The notes under the pieces were generated by a model that made no database searches, was not told where the DNA came from, and worked only from the letters and a program-made list of their open reading frames with translations. Positions 9,450 to 19,497 of a stretch of 64,000 nucleotides of DNA are shown piece by piece (within the stretch, counting starts at the first letter, position 1; every line of letters begins with the position of its first letter). The stretch spans positions 2,368,001 to 2,432,000 of the forward strand of contig OY729426.1 in the NCBI GenBank assembly GCA_963422365.1. The letters are read 5' to 3'. The DNA comes from Nitrospirales bacterium (GTDB lineage Bacteria > Nitrospirota > Nitrospiria > Nitrospirales > UBA8639). The translations under genes were made by a program, and so were the position numbers.

Positions 9450-10403
9450 TTACGGCATTTTTGCGGTAAACCAAGTCGAGATGCCCTTCATGCCATTCCG
9501 TTCCACGTTCTGTCCATCCCAGACCGCAAACGCCACGGGGACACTTTGCCCAGCTTGGAATTGCACATCATTGGCATCATTCGTTGCCAATGCCCGCTTC
9601 ATCACCACACGCCATGTCGGACCGCTGCAGCACCCGCCTTTTAATGCACCATACGGCTCCCACAGCCCATTGCCCATCACGTCTTGAGATGCTTGCGTCG
9701 TCAATGTGCTGAACCCATTCGCATTCAGATCCTCCACTGAACTCGTTCGCAAATCTGGATCAGACATAATGTTGCCAGACCAAATCCCTGGATTAAACGG
9801 ACCAAGGCTCCGGCCGATCCGGTCAGGATAGGTTACTCCCCCTGCTGGTTCTTCATAGTAAAAGTCCCAGGCGATCGAGGGATATTGTTGATCCACATCC
9901 CACATCCCTGCCACACCAGCACCTTGGTCACGTTGCCATTCCGCATTCCAGCGCCAGATGTTCACTGTGCCACCGGATTGCCCCATACATTGGAAAGGCG
10001 GTGCCCCTGAGGTTTGGACAGGGAATTGAACTGCGATTTGATCCCGGAAATCTTGAGGCCCAATGGTAGTATTGTTCAGGGTTTGATCCCCCCAGTTGGC
10101 CCAGACCCCAATATCCTTACCGTTGGTGGCCATTTTGACCATGACGGTTTTCACCGAGATATTGGGATGCATAGGGGTGGTAATGGTTTGGCCACTCAAG
10201 GGCACCACAATGCCAGGAACCGTTTCCCATACCGGGTTAGCCCCGTCCATCGGAATCGGCCCGCTAATGCTGCCCACCGGAATCGTCACCGGTTGGCTGA
10301 CGGCCAAAGGCACTTGCCCCATCGTCAACAGCACACCGACGACCAAGGCAGAGAGAAGAATGCCGAGCACCAATCCTTTGTTACGCGTCTGCACCACTCT
10401 CAT
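9450..10403 (-). CDS. nxrC: EB_dh-family heme b protein; likely nitrite oxidoreductase gamma subunit candidate
   Basis: N-terminal TM; DFRDQIAVQFP, QCMGQ, VNIWRWNAEWQ, WRVVMKRAL, AFAVWDGQNVERNGMK. Directly downstream of a TorD-type chaperone, as in Nitrospira. The symbol is a family-level inference. Confidence 0.75.
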   Translation of the reverse strand: MRVVQTRNKGLVLGILLSALVVGVLLTMGQVPLAVSQPVTIPVGSISGPIPMDGANPVWETVPGIVVPLSGQTITTPMHPNISVKTVMVKMATNGKDIGVWANWGDQTLNNTTIGPQDFRDQIAVQFPVQTSGAPPFQCMGQSGGTVNIWRWNAEWQRDQGAGVAGMWDVDQQYPSIAWDFYYEEPAGGVTYPDRIGRSLGPFNPGIWSGNIMSDPDLRTSSVEDLNANGFSTLTTQASQDVMGNGLWEPYGALKGGCCSGPTWRVVMKRALATNDANDVQFQAGQSVPVAFAVWDGQNVERNGMKGISTWFTAKMP

Positions 10404-10511
10404 AATGACGCATCCTCCTTTGATAAAGATTGAAACAAAATGAATTCGGACTGCCTACTTCCTCTAAAACAGCACTACTGATACGACTAACTTTTCTCCA
10501 CTGTTTCTGAG

Positions 10512-11486
10512 TTACGCTGTACCTGATTGACCTGTTGATGATTCTGGTTTCTCTTTATCTAAATATTCCTGAGCTCCCACCTCATTCATCAAGAGACTGA
10601 GCTCATTCCCTTTATCCTGCGCTCCACATTCGAAGGATGTCCCTTCGGGAGATATAAAATTAGCTGGACGATAGTCTGTTTCGGAATATGGTTGAGGATG
10701 CACCCCTAAATAGGCAATTTCAAAAGCCACCCATTGGAAAGTTAAATCCGCAATCATTTTATAGAAACCATATTCAGCCTTCCTCTTCAGCATGTCGGAA
10801 AATAGAGGCACCCATCTTCCCACATGTTCCTTCACAAATTTGTTCTCGGCCTCCACCACCGTCTTGAGTTTTTCAGGGCCATCATGGCACAACGCATAAG
10901 ACTCTTTGTAAGCCAGAAAATGCAAAAATTCAAGTTCCACGCTTAAATGGTCCAACCGCTCATGAATGTCTTGAGAAAGCTGGACGCCGAAGGCCGAATA
11001 GAATCCTGCAATATCTCCCATGACGTAGGATTGACCAAACACGTGATCATTCCCAAACAGGGTTTCATACGGGGGACAATCCAAGGCGATGACATTACTG
11101 AACACCCTTCGATGTTCATCTCGAAGATCTTGGATATCCCAGTTGACCCCTTCCGATGACACCCAACTCTCCACTGCGTCAAAATGGTCAGCGATACCCA
11201 GTAAGACTTCTTCGGTTTCATTATCAATGGGAGTCAGCAAGGCGACTCTCAAACTATTGAGCGCGGCTCGTCCATCCGCCACTAATTCACCACTTTGCAG
11301 ATAATCTAAAAACTCATCGTCTTCTGGATAAAGATAACTCCAGGACAGAAGAAGATAAAGCTTACTCCTTGCTAACGCGCGCTCAACGGACGGGGAATCT
11401 TTCAAGGATGACCCAACTTGCTGAGTGACGGAAGAGGTTGATGGACCATTCATTCCACTTTGCTCTTCTGTTACCTTCGTCGCCAT
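10512..11486 (-). CDS. TorD/DmsD-family molybdoenzyme maturation chaperone
   Basis: CPPYET and ERLDHLSVELEFL motifs, HVGRWVP. Likely start MATKV at 11486. Confidence 0.9.
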   Translation of the reverse strand: MATKVTEEQSGMNGPSTSSVTQQVGSSLKDSPSVERALARSKLYLLLSWSYLYPEDDEFLDYLQSGELVADGRAALNSLRVALLTPIDNETEEVLLGIADHFDAVESWVSSEGVNWDIQDLRDEHRRVFSNVIALDCPPYETLFGNDHVFGQSYVMGDIAGFYSAFGVQLSQDIHERLDHLSVELEFLHFLAYKESYALCHDGPEKLKTVVEAENKFVKEHVGRWVPLFSDMLKRKAEYGFYKMIADLTFQWVAFEIAYLGVHPQPYSETDYRPANFISPEGTSFECGAQDKGNELSLLMNEVGAQEYLDKEKPESSTGQSGTA

Positions 11487-11590
11487 AGAACCTCTCTTCT
11501 CTCGACGGGAACAGGATTCATTTTTGATCCCTTGGTTCCCAATGGATAGAGCTCCTCCTAGCAATTAACTCCACCAAGAGTACGAATCCG

Positions 11591-11619
11591 ATAATAGGCC
11601 AACTGATTATCGAAGTCAA
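11591..11619 (-). promoter_or_regulatory. Sigma70-type promoter for chaperone-nxrC
   Basis: Minus strand TTGACT-17 bp-TATTAT, about 100 bp upstream of the start. Confidence 0.6.
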
Positions 11620-11714
11620 GGTCTAAAACCAGTCAAAAATGAGGTTAGCATAGTAAAACAAGCATGGCTTTGTGACCATTTCACCTTGAAGGTAAGTGAA
11701 GGTAAGATCTAAAC

Positions 11715-12386
11715 CTAAGGTAATGCACCTAATCTCACCGGAGAGACTTTTATCGCAGTCTGATCATTCACCGTCTTACAAATATATTCACAAATCCCGC
11801 ACCCTACACAAAGGTTCCCCTCAACCCGAATGGCTATAGAAGCAAAGTCCATTGTAATGGCCCGAGTGGGGCACTGTGCCACACAAGCGTTACAGCCTTG
11901 CCCCGCCGTACAAATCCTTTGAGAAACAACGGCGATTCCCATGTTAATTTCTTTGAGGCCCCCAACCGGCCGAAGTGCCTCTGGTTCACAGGCTGTGATA
12001 CAAGGCAAATCTTCACAGAGGTAACATGGTTTTTCATCCGGATAGATGATGGGAGTTTCTCTCCGATAACGAACCTCGGAGACATGATTTTCTGCGAGGA
12101 CGCGAATACTCTCATGCGGGCAGACATCGACACACTCACCACAGCCTGTGCAACTCTCAAGAAATTGGGCTTCCTCAAGAGCACCAGGAGGCCGCAACCA
12201 ATCGGTTCGTATTTTCTCTGGGTTTCCCTCCTTGGTATCTTCCGCATCCCGATGCTTGACATATTCATGCACCGTGACACCTAGAGAAACCACACTCTGC
12301 TTTAGAAAATTTCTTCGTCCGTAGGACGGTTCAGAATTTTTTGAAGACCCTGAGGAAGATGGTGCCATGCACTCGCCGTCTTTCAT
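11715..12386 (-). CDS. NapF/MauM-like 4Fe-4S ferredoxin-type protein
   Basis: RRNFLK; LRPPGA; CTGCGECVDVCP, CYLC...C...C, C....GCNACVAQCP, CVGCGICEYIC. Confidence 0.88.
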   Translation of the reverse strand: MKDGECMAPSSSGSSKNSEPSYGRRNFLKQSVVSLGVTVHEYVKHRDAEDTKEGNPEKIRTDWLRPPGALEEAQFLESCTGCGECVDVCPHESIRVLAENHVSEVRYRRETPIIYPDEKPCYLCEDLPCITACEPEALRPVGGLKEINMGIAVVSQRICTAGQGCNACVAQCPTRAITMDFASIAIRVEGNLCVGCGICEYICKTVNDQTAIKVSPVRLGALP

Positions 12387-12420
12387 GCTGTCAACTTGTT
12401 ACGCCTAGTGGCCTCGTCAC

Positions 12421-13422
12421 CTAGACAACACCAGCGGCACGAAGCCTGTACACCTCTACGCAGCGGTCACAAGCCCCATACTCGACATCCCACCCTGGAT
12501 GATTTTCCCTGATATAATCCAATACGTACGGTTCAACTTTTTCTTCCATATCCTCAACCCAGGAATAGGTGGGAAAGCGACAGAGAGGACACGGAAACCC
12601 CGGTATCAGCATGGGTTTGGTAGGAACATCTGGTGGGATCTCACCCTCTTCGACTTCAACAGCCCGTTCCATCACCCGAAGGGTATCTTGAGACATTTCT
12701 ACTAATTCAGCATGGGTGAAATACTCCGTCTGCCAGAGCCCCTCGAACACCGATTCCACTTGGGTGGGAGGGATCTTTCGATACCAAGATCGAAATTCAC
12801 GCAAGCGGTATTCCCGACTAAACATCGGGTCTTTCCCCAATCGCGCGATTCGACTATCGACATGCAAACTCCACAGAACGCGATACCGATTGAGGATGAG
12901 ATGCTCTTCACCCGGATTCATGCCAACTTTCGTGTCAGGATCGTATCCGAAAACAGGATCTAGCATGTCGAAGATATGTGTCAATTCATGGCGCAGATAT
13001 CTGTTAATGGCCGGATCGTAAAAGCGTCGCGGAATCAGTTTAATCCCTACGCCCTTCTGGCCCTTTTCCTCAAATTGCCGAGCCAGTTTCTCCTCCACTG
13101 TCCCCCATTTTCTGAGGATGTCCACACCTTCTTGATCTTCTTTGAGCACGCCTCGAACGAGGACAATGCCAACCTTTTCTTTTAAGTCGGAAAATTCATC
13201 AAAGCCATCTCTCAAGATGTCGGCAAAGCCCCATTTGGCAAAGAGGTGCTGATACAATTTTTTGAATTCAGGCTCCCGATCGTCCAGGGAAAATTTCTCG
13301 TAAACCGGATCGGCCAATTCATGGAACTCATTGTAATAGGTGGGGTCTCCCTCACGCTCAGTTTTTTCGGCAAAAGAATCAATGACCTCTTGAAGCAAAG
13401 CCGGCTGAAATCGGATTTCCAT
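12421..13422 (-). CDS. Conserved hypothetical protein with HExxH motif and C-terminal CxxC...CxxC
   Basis: RBS before MEIRF at 13422; HELTH; CPLC and CDRC. Confidence 0.75.
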   Translation of the reverse strand: MEIRFQPALLQEVIDSFAEKTEREGDPTYYNEFHELADPVYEKFSLDDREPEFKKLYQHLFAKWGFADILRDGFDEFSDLKEKVGIVLVRGVLKEDQEGVDILRKWGTVEEKLARQFEEKGQKGVGIKLIPRRFYDPAINRYLRHELTHIFDMLDPVFGYDPDTKVGMNPGEEHLILNRYRVLWSLHVDSRIARLGKDPMFSREYRLREFRSWYRKIPPTQVESVFEGLWQTEYFTHAELVEMSQDTLRVMERAVEVEEGEIPPDVPTKPMLIPGFPCPLCRFPTYSWVEDMEEKVEPYVLDYIRENHPGWDVEYGACDRCVEVYRLRAAGVV

Positions 13423-13565
13423 CCTCTCACTCCTTACCTGGTTCAACTAAATTGAAGGACCGTGACAACGAAAAAACGAATCGAAAACATCTTCTGTCGC
13501 ATCCTGTACCTGCTTGACGACACATGTAACGGCTCGCTAGTATTCTTTTCCAGAAATGTCGGTGC

Positions 13566-13595
13566 ATTATAGTCGGGGCCTTTTTTCATACGCAA
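13566..13595 (-). promoter_or_regulatory. Sigma70-type promoter in the divergent intergenic region
   Basis: Minus strand TTGCGT-18 bp-TATAAT, overlapped by the inverted repeat ggggcctt...aaggcccc. Confidence 0.45.
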
Positions 13596-13636
13596 GGCCC
13601 CATTGATAGAGATCACGCTGAAAGGATGTCCGTTTT

Positions 13637-14740
13637 ATGAATCAGCCTCATGCCCCGTCCCCAAACATGGCACTATCGACTCTCCAGGGAGAACCAAGAC
13701 CTGACGCACCGCCTATCGATGCCCTGGAGTATTGGAAAGCCGGCATTCAAGAAATCAGAACCTTTCGAGGACATTCTCACGGTGTCTGGGATGTGGCGTG
13801 TTCCCCTGACGGGTTGACGCTCGTGAGCGGAGGCGCAGATCGTTTCCTTCGCATCTGGGAAATTGAAACCGGTCGCCTTCTCAAATCCCTGAAAGGACAC
13901 ACCAATGATATCCGTCAAGTCGCCTTTAGTCCCGATGGCCAAACACTCGCAACCGGCAGTGACGACAGAACCATTCGACTTTGGAACCCGCACACAGGAG
14001 AAACGACCCGGCTTCTTTTTACCCAATATGATCACGCAGTCGCCAGCCTGTCCTTTTCCCCCGATGGCCTGATGCTGGCTCGGGCCGGACAAAATAAAGA
14101 TATAAAAATCTGGGAAATCACCACCGGTACCGAATTAATGACGCTCCTCGGCAAAGATCAATATGACCATCATTGGACGGTCTGCACGGCATTTTCTCCC
14201 GATGGTATCCATCTGGTAGGCGGAAGCGACATCGGCAAATTGAAGTTGTACGAAGTCCTTCCGAGCGGAGAAGAGAGACTCGTTCATAATGGCCATTGGC
14301 GTGATGAGCCCGACGATGAGGAGACGGAACAACGAGGATTTTTTGTCGATGAACAGGGAGGGTTTCAAAAGCCGATGGCGTATTGGATAGGAGCTATTGC
14401 TTTTACGCCCGATGGGAAAACGATGATGACGGGAAGTCGAGACGCGACGATCAAATATTTTGAGATGCCCGATATGAAAGAGGTCCAAACCGTGAAAGGA
14501 CATTCTGAATGGGTTCGAAGGTTGCTCGTTTCCCCGGATGGGAAACTCTTGGTGAGCTGTAGTGACGACCACACCATTAAAATGTGGGACCTTCAGACCA
14601 AAAGACAGGTTCGCGTGATCAAGGACCACAAAGGACCCGTTCGGGGGATTGCCTTTTCTCCAGACGCCCGGTATCTCGCCAGTGCCTCTTGGGACCGTAC
14701 GGTGAAATTTTGGAAAGGAGGAGACAGATCAGAAGGGTAA
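13637..14740 (+). CDS. WD40-repeat protein
   Basis: About seven GH...V..VAFSPDG..LASGS.D.TI.LW repeats. Confidence 0.95.
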   Translation: MNQPHAPSPNMALSTLQGEPRPDAPPIDALEYWKAGIQEIRTFRGHSHGVWDVACSPDGLTLVSGGADRFLRIWEIETGRLLKSLKGHTNDIRQVAFSPDGQTLATGSDDRTIRLWNPHTGETTRLLFTQYDHAVASLSFSPDGLMLARAGQNKDIKIWEITTGTELMTLLGKDQYDHHWTVCTAFSPDGIHLVGGSDIGKLKLYEVLPSGEERLVHNGHWRDEPDDEETEQRGFFVDEQGGFQKPMAYWIGAIAFTPDGKTMMTGSRDATIKYFEMPDMKEVQTVKGHSEWVRRLLVSPDGKLLVSCSDDHTIKMWDLQTKRQVRVIKDHKGPVRGIAFSPDARYLASASWDRTVKFWKGGDRSEG

Positions 14741-14771
14741 ACGCATTCAAAGTCCCACTTTCATCTGATAA

Positions 14772-16205
14772 CTACTCCTCACCGCCGTCAGTGTCAGGGG
14801 TTGAAATACCGTATCGCTTACATTTTTCCCACAAGGCTTTTCGCGAAAGGCCCAAGGATTTTGATGCAGCGGTTCGACTCCATCCTTCCCGTACCAACAC
14901 GGCCGAGATATAATCCCGTTCGCAACGTTCTCGCACTTCAGCGAGCGTGCCTTTAGGCCGAGTGTTCGTGACATTCACCAACCCTTCCTGACAAAACCCG
15001 CACCCAGATTGCGAAGGCCCTCCCAAAAAATGGCACTCCGTCTGTCCACAGAGATCCCAGACCTGAATTTCCTCCCGCTCCTGCGCTAACGCCACCGCCC
15101 GTTCAATCGTATTTTCCAGTTCGCGAACATTTCCTGGAAAGGAATAACGGAGTAACACTTCACGGGCCGAGGAAGAAACCCCTTTCATGGCATGAGAGAT
15201 CCGACTCGTACTCTGTTGCAGAAGATGATTCGCCAGAATCAGAATATCCTCTCTCCGTTCCCTCAGGGGCGGTAGGACCACTTGCACGACGTTTAATCGA
15301 TAGAACAGATCTTCACGAAATCGGCCAGCTTCGACTTCCTTTTGTAAATTTTTTTGTGTGGCGCATACCAGCCGAACATCGCTTTCAATCGTCTCCATCC
15401 CCCCTACCCGTTCAAACCGCCGTTCTTGCAAGACCCGAAGCAATTTCACTTGAACCATCGGGGAAATTTCCCCAATTTCATCTAAAAACAAGGTGCCTTT
15501 ATGGGCTAATTCAAACCGACCAAGCCGTTGTTTGAAGGCTCCGGTAAAGGCCCCCTTCTCATGGCCAAATAATTCTGCTTCCAGCAGGGTTTCCGGCAAG
15601 GCCGCGCAGCTGACCTTGATTAAGGCCTGTTCGCATCTTGGGCTGTTTCGATGGATGGCATTGGCAACGAGTTCTTTCCCTGTGCCGCTTTCGCCAGAAA
15701 TCAACATCGTGGCATCTGTGGTGGCCACTAATTTGACTTTTTCCAATACCTGCCGCATCTGTTCGTTTTTGCCGACAATGCCATCGAAATTGAACTTCCC
15801 CTCGAGTTCCTGTCGAAGGGCCATGTTTTCCTGACGCAACGCCTGCACCTTGGTCACTCGATCCACCGTCAACAAGAATTCATCCATGGAAAAAGGCTTG
15901 GTGATATAATCATGGGCCCCAAGTTTCATGGCTTGGACCGCCGTATCAACCGAGCCATGTGCGGTAATGACAATGACTTCGGTTTCAGGAGAACACTCCT
16001 TACACAGCTGTACGACTTGTAGACCATCACTTCCAGGCATTTTCAAATCCGTAATCACCAAATCGTATCGACTCGCTTTGGTTTTTTTGATGCCTTCCTC
16101 GCCATTGGACGCTTCTTGAACTTCATACCCCTCGGCTTCGAGCGCATCTAACATGGACAACCGCATCAGCGGCTCATCATCAATGATTAAGACCGATCGA
16201 GTCAT
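14772..16205 (-). CDS. Sigma54-dependent response regulator (NtrC/AtoC family)
   Basis: Receiver (IIDDE, TDLKMP, KPF); AAA+ (GESGTGKE, GAFTGA, FLDEI, FREDLFYRLNV); Fis HTH. Confidence 0.95.
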   Translation of the reverse strand: MTRSVLIIDDEPLMRLSMLDALEAEGYEVQEASNGEEGIKKTKASRYDLVITDLKMPGSDGLQVVQLCKECSPETEVIVITAHGSVDTAVQAMKLGAHDYITKPFSMDEFLLTVDRVTKVQALRQENMALRQELEGKFNFDGIVGKNEQMRQVLEKVKLVATTDATMLISGESGTGKELVANAIHRNSPRCEQALIKVSCAALPETLLEAELFGHEKGAFTGAFKQRLGRFELAHKGTLFLDEIGEISPMVQVKLLRVLQERRFERVGGMETIESDVRLVCATQKNLQKEVEAGRFREDLFYRLNVVQVVLPPLRERREDILILANHLLQQSTSRISHAMKGVSSSAREVLLRYSFPGNVRELENTIERAVALAQEREEIQVWDLCGQTECHFLGGPSQSGCGFCQEGLVNVTNTRPKGTLAEVRERCERDYISAVLVREGWSRTAASKSLGLSRKALWEKCKRYGISTPDTDGGEE

Positions 16206-19200
16206 CAGGAAACCTTCCCCACCGAGACTCTGTTGGCACTCAGGGGAAGGCTCACGGTAAAGACGGTTCCCTTTCCGACCTCACTTCCCACGGTCAATTG
16301 CCCGCCATGTCGTTCAACAATTCCCAAACTCACCGACAAGCCGAGCCCCGTCCCCTCGCCCGTGCCCTTCGTGGTAAAAAAGGGATCAAAAATATGAGGG
16401 CGGACCTCAGGGGAAATGCCCGATCCAGTATCCACCACATCGATCTCGCAGCGGTCATTGCCCATCCGAGTGTGCAAGATGATCGATCCTCCCTCTTCGG
16501 TGGCCTGAACCGCATTGAGAATCAAATTGGTTAACACCTGCTCAATCATTTGCGGATCGACAAACAAAGGCTGCAGGTCGTGTTCATAGACCTTGTGCAA
16601 CTGAAGACCTTTCTCGGCGATTGCATGATTCGTCAGGACCAAAACGCGATCGACCAAGCCATTCATGTCATTCATGGAAAATTCAGGCTCGTGTTGTTGA
16701 GAAAAATCTAATAATTGACGAATGATTTTTTGGGCACGCCGCAGCCCGTCTTCCATATACGTGACATATTTTTCCTGACGCTCTGGCGGCAACGTCCCTT
16801 TCCGAATATTGTAGAGACAATTTAAAATCCCACCTAACGGGTTGTTAATTTCATGCGCAACCCCCGCAGCCAGCTTCCCAACGGAGGCAAGACGTTCGGT
16901 GTTTCGAAATTGCTGTTCCATGACTTTTCTGTCTGTAATATCTCGAGCAATGCCCAGGACACCGATCACGCGGTGCCGTTCATTTTCCAGTGGCGACACG
17001 CTTACGAGCACCGACCGAAGCTCCCCACTTCGACTAATTACCTCCACTTCGTATTCCTGCTTGACTTCCACCTCAAGGATATCTTTAAGGCGACGACCGC
17101 GGTGGCGCTTCGCGAGTAAGGTCAGAAACGGTCGGCCCAGTAAATCTTCTTTGCAATAGCCCCAGTTTTCCACCTTGCTATTCACATAGGTAAATCGTTG
17201 ATCACGATCGAGGGTATAAATCACATCGTTGGCATTTTCAAGCAGACTTTCTAAGTACTTTTGCGTTTCTTGAATCTCCCGTGTCCGTTTTTGGACTTTC
17301 ACCTCAAGTTCTTCACGATACCGCTGGAGTTGCTCTTCTAACAGCTTTCGCTCTGTAATATCACGGAGCTGCACCATCACTGAAAGAGTCGAACCCTCTC
17401 CCACACGAATCACATCCATTTCTACCGATCGCCGTATTTGTTGGGCATCAAATACTTCCAATTCGGTAGCAGGGACTTTTTCTTCATTCGAAACCACCGT
17501 TTCGAATAACTGCGTGACCGTCTCTTTATATGAGTCCGGCACGAGCGTCAGTAAGGACTGAGAGAGTAATCCAGCTTGTGCATAGCCAAACACCTCTTGT
17601 TCGCGTTCATTCACGGCAATAATAACACCGGATGGATCCACCATGAATATCGAATCTGCGGATCGATTAAAGAGCACACGATACCGCTGCTCCGATTCAG
17701 AGAGTTGTTGTGTTTGGTCAGCGACCTCTTTCTCCAAGTGGGTGGTATATTGATTAATTTGTTGTTGAAGGACCTTCCGTTCGGTGATATCTCTGACAAA
17801 CGCACGCGTGTAGACCAAGTCACCCGTTTCTGAATCAATCAAGGCCGTGGAATGAATTTCAACATCAATCGGAGTGCCGTGTTTTGTGAGAAATACCGTT
17901 TCAATAGTGCTCCGTGGTTGGTTGAGCAACCGCCTGACATAATCAAGCGTTTCCGCTTTCCTCTCAGTAGGGAGAATGTCCCACAAATGCATTGAGAGCA
18001 TTTCTGCCAATGTGAATCCTAACTTTTCTAATTCAGTTTTATTGATATGAACAAAACGCCCGGTTTTGTCGATTTGATGAATCATTTCAGGAGAATTCTC
18101 AATCAGATCACGGTATCGTTCCTCGAGATGACGGATTTCTGCCATTTGCGTATTCAATTGCGAAAACGACTGTTTCAGATCGACTGCCATTTTATTAAAG
18201 GCATTGGCAAGCGCTTCAATTTCATCGCCGGTCTTCAACACGAGGGGATGATCCCAATTCCCCACGCCGATTCGCTGCACGCCTTCATGCAAGGTTTGAA
18301 TCGGACTCACAATTTTTCGCGCCACAATAAGCCCTGCCAACCACAGAACACCCAACACAATGACGCCATACGTCACAACCTTCACCAGTAATTGTTGCAA
18401 GGGGGCATAGGTCTCCTCAGGAGACTGCCGAACAATTGTCAGCCACTGTCTGCCCAGAAAACTCTCAGCAGCTAACGTTTCCGGAATCCGTAAATGGGCA
18501 TACCCAACCAGTGAATCCCTGGCTCCATGGGTATCTTGCGCCACCTGAACCCATCCTGCCTGCTCCTTGTTAATGGCCTTCACCATGACTGGATTCACGG
18601 TGTGTTGTTCCAGTGACAACACCGGACAAATCAAGGGAGTCCCATCCACATCGATGAGCATGGCATGGCCGGTGACCCCTGCAGTCACCTCGGAAATCGA
18701 GCGAAACAACGAATCCCTGCGAAGCAAAATACTGACGGTCCCTAACGCTTGATGGCGATTTTGATCAAAAATAGGCACGGCCACGTTCAGCACATGGGTT
18801 CCAAATGAAGGCTCAAAGCTCAAATCACTCACGTAAATCTGACCGTGTCCTTGCTGAAAGGCCGCTTCCCACCATTCCATGTCACCATGATAAAACCTCA
18901 CTTGAGGCAAGGAACTGAGAACCAAGGCTCCTTGGTTATCGGTCACCAAAATCCCTAAATAGTCAGACTTTCTGACGGCATGCCAATCAATGAGGTAATT
19001 CGTCGCAATCCGGTTCACAAAGACGGGAAATTCATGAGGGTTTTTTCGGGCCAGCCAACGTTCTTTCCATTCTTCGATAAAGGCCTTGATTTTTTCAGGC
19101 TCTCTCCCTTCATAACTTCGATTCGCTTCCCTCACCGCGGCACGAATAAAAGGAATGGTGGCCAATTGTTGAGCCTCATTAATACCCCGCATGATTTGCG

Positions 19201-19459
19201 TCTCAATCTTTCGCGCCACTTCAACCGCAATGCCCTTAAAGTTTGAACCCATAATTTCTCGAAGCGCTCGGCGCTCTTCCACGTAAGTCAGACATAACGA
19301 AAGGGCAAGAGGAAGCAGTCCAACTAGCACCATCCCTAGAATGGTTTTACGCTGGAGACTCTGTGACCAAATCCACCGTTTCATTTCAGTAACAATCCCT
19401 AAAGACGGACTGGTGCGTAACATGTTAATTTTCCAGAGAATTTTTTCAAGAGAGGTCAA
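16205..19459 (-). CDS. Membrane sensor histidine kinase (Cache-HAMP-3xPAS-HisKA-HATPase)
   Basis: Two TMs around a periplasmic Cache-like domain, HAMP (GDEIEALANAFNKM), three PAS repeats, AHEINNPL, PFFTTK..GEGTGLGL. Start may be 19384. Confidence 0.93.
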   Translation of the reverse strand: MTSLEKILWKINMLRTSPSLGIVTEMKRWIWSQSLQRKTILGMVLVGLLPLALSLCLTYVEERRALREIMGSNFKGIAVEVARKIETQIMRGINEAQQLATIPFIRAAVREANRSYEGREPEKIKAFIEEWKERWLARKNPHEFPVFVNRIATNYLIDWHAVRKSDYLGILVTDNQGALVLSSLPQVRFYHGDMEWWEAAFQQGHGQIYVSDLSFEPSFGTHVLNVAVPIFDQNRHQALGTVSILLRRDSLFRSISEVTAGVTGHAMLIDVDGTPLICPVLSLEQHTVNPVMVKAINKEQAGWVQVAQDTHGARDSLVGYAHLRIPETLAAESFLGRQWLTIVRQSPEETYAPLQQLLVKVVTYGVIVLGVLWLAGLIVARKIVSPIQTLHEGVQRIGVGNWDHPLVLKTGDEIEALANAFNKMAVDLKQSFSQLNTQMAEIRHLEERYRDLIENSPEMIHQIDKTGRFVHINKTELEKLGFTLAEMLSMHLWDILPTERKAETLDYVRRLLNQPRSTIETVFLTKHGTPIDVEIHSTALIDSETGDLVYTRAFVRDITERKVLQQQINQYTTHLEKEVADQTQQLSESEQRYRVLFNRSADSIFMVDPSGVIIAVNEREQEVFGYAQAGLLSQSLLTLVPDSYKETVTQLFETVVSNEEKVPATELEVFDAQQIRRSVEMDVIRVGEGSTLSVMVQLRDITERKLLEEQLQRYREELEVKVQKRTREIQETQKYLESLLENANDVIYTLDRDQRFTYVNSKVENWGYCKEDLLGRPFLTLLAKRHRGRRLKDILEVEVKQEYEVEVISRSGELRSVLVSVSPLENERHRVIGVLGIARDITDRKVMEQQFRNTERLASVGKLAAGVAHEINNPLGGILNCLYNIRKGTLPPERQEKYVTYMEDGLRRAQKIIRQLLDFSQQHEPEFSMNDMNGLVDRVLVLTNHAIAEKGLQLHKVYEHDLQPLFVDPQMIEQVLTNLILNAVQATEEGGSIILHTRMGNDRCEIDVVDTGSGISPEVRPHIFDPFFTTKGTGEGTGLGLSVSLGIVERHGGQLTVGSEVGKGTVFTVSLPLSANRVSVGKVS

Positions 19460-19497
19460 CCCTTGTCAAGGATTGGTAACACGAGACAGCGGTGAGC

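Noticed and set aside
11688..11706. Tandem repeat gaaggtaag x2
   Set aside because: Too short to distinguish from chance.
13447..13636. Sigma54 (-24/-12) promoter near the NtrC-type regulator
   Set aside because: No correctly spaced GG-N10-GC consensus seen here or in the other intergenic regions I inspected by eye.
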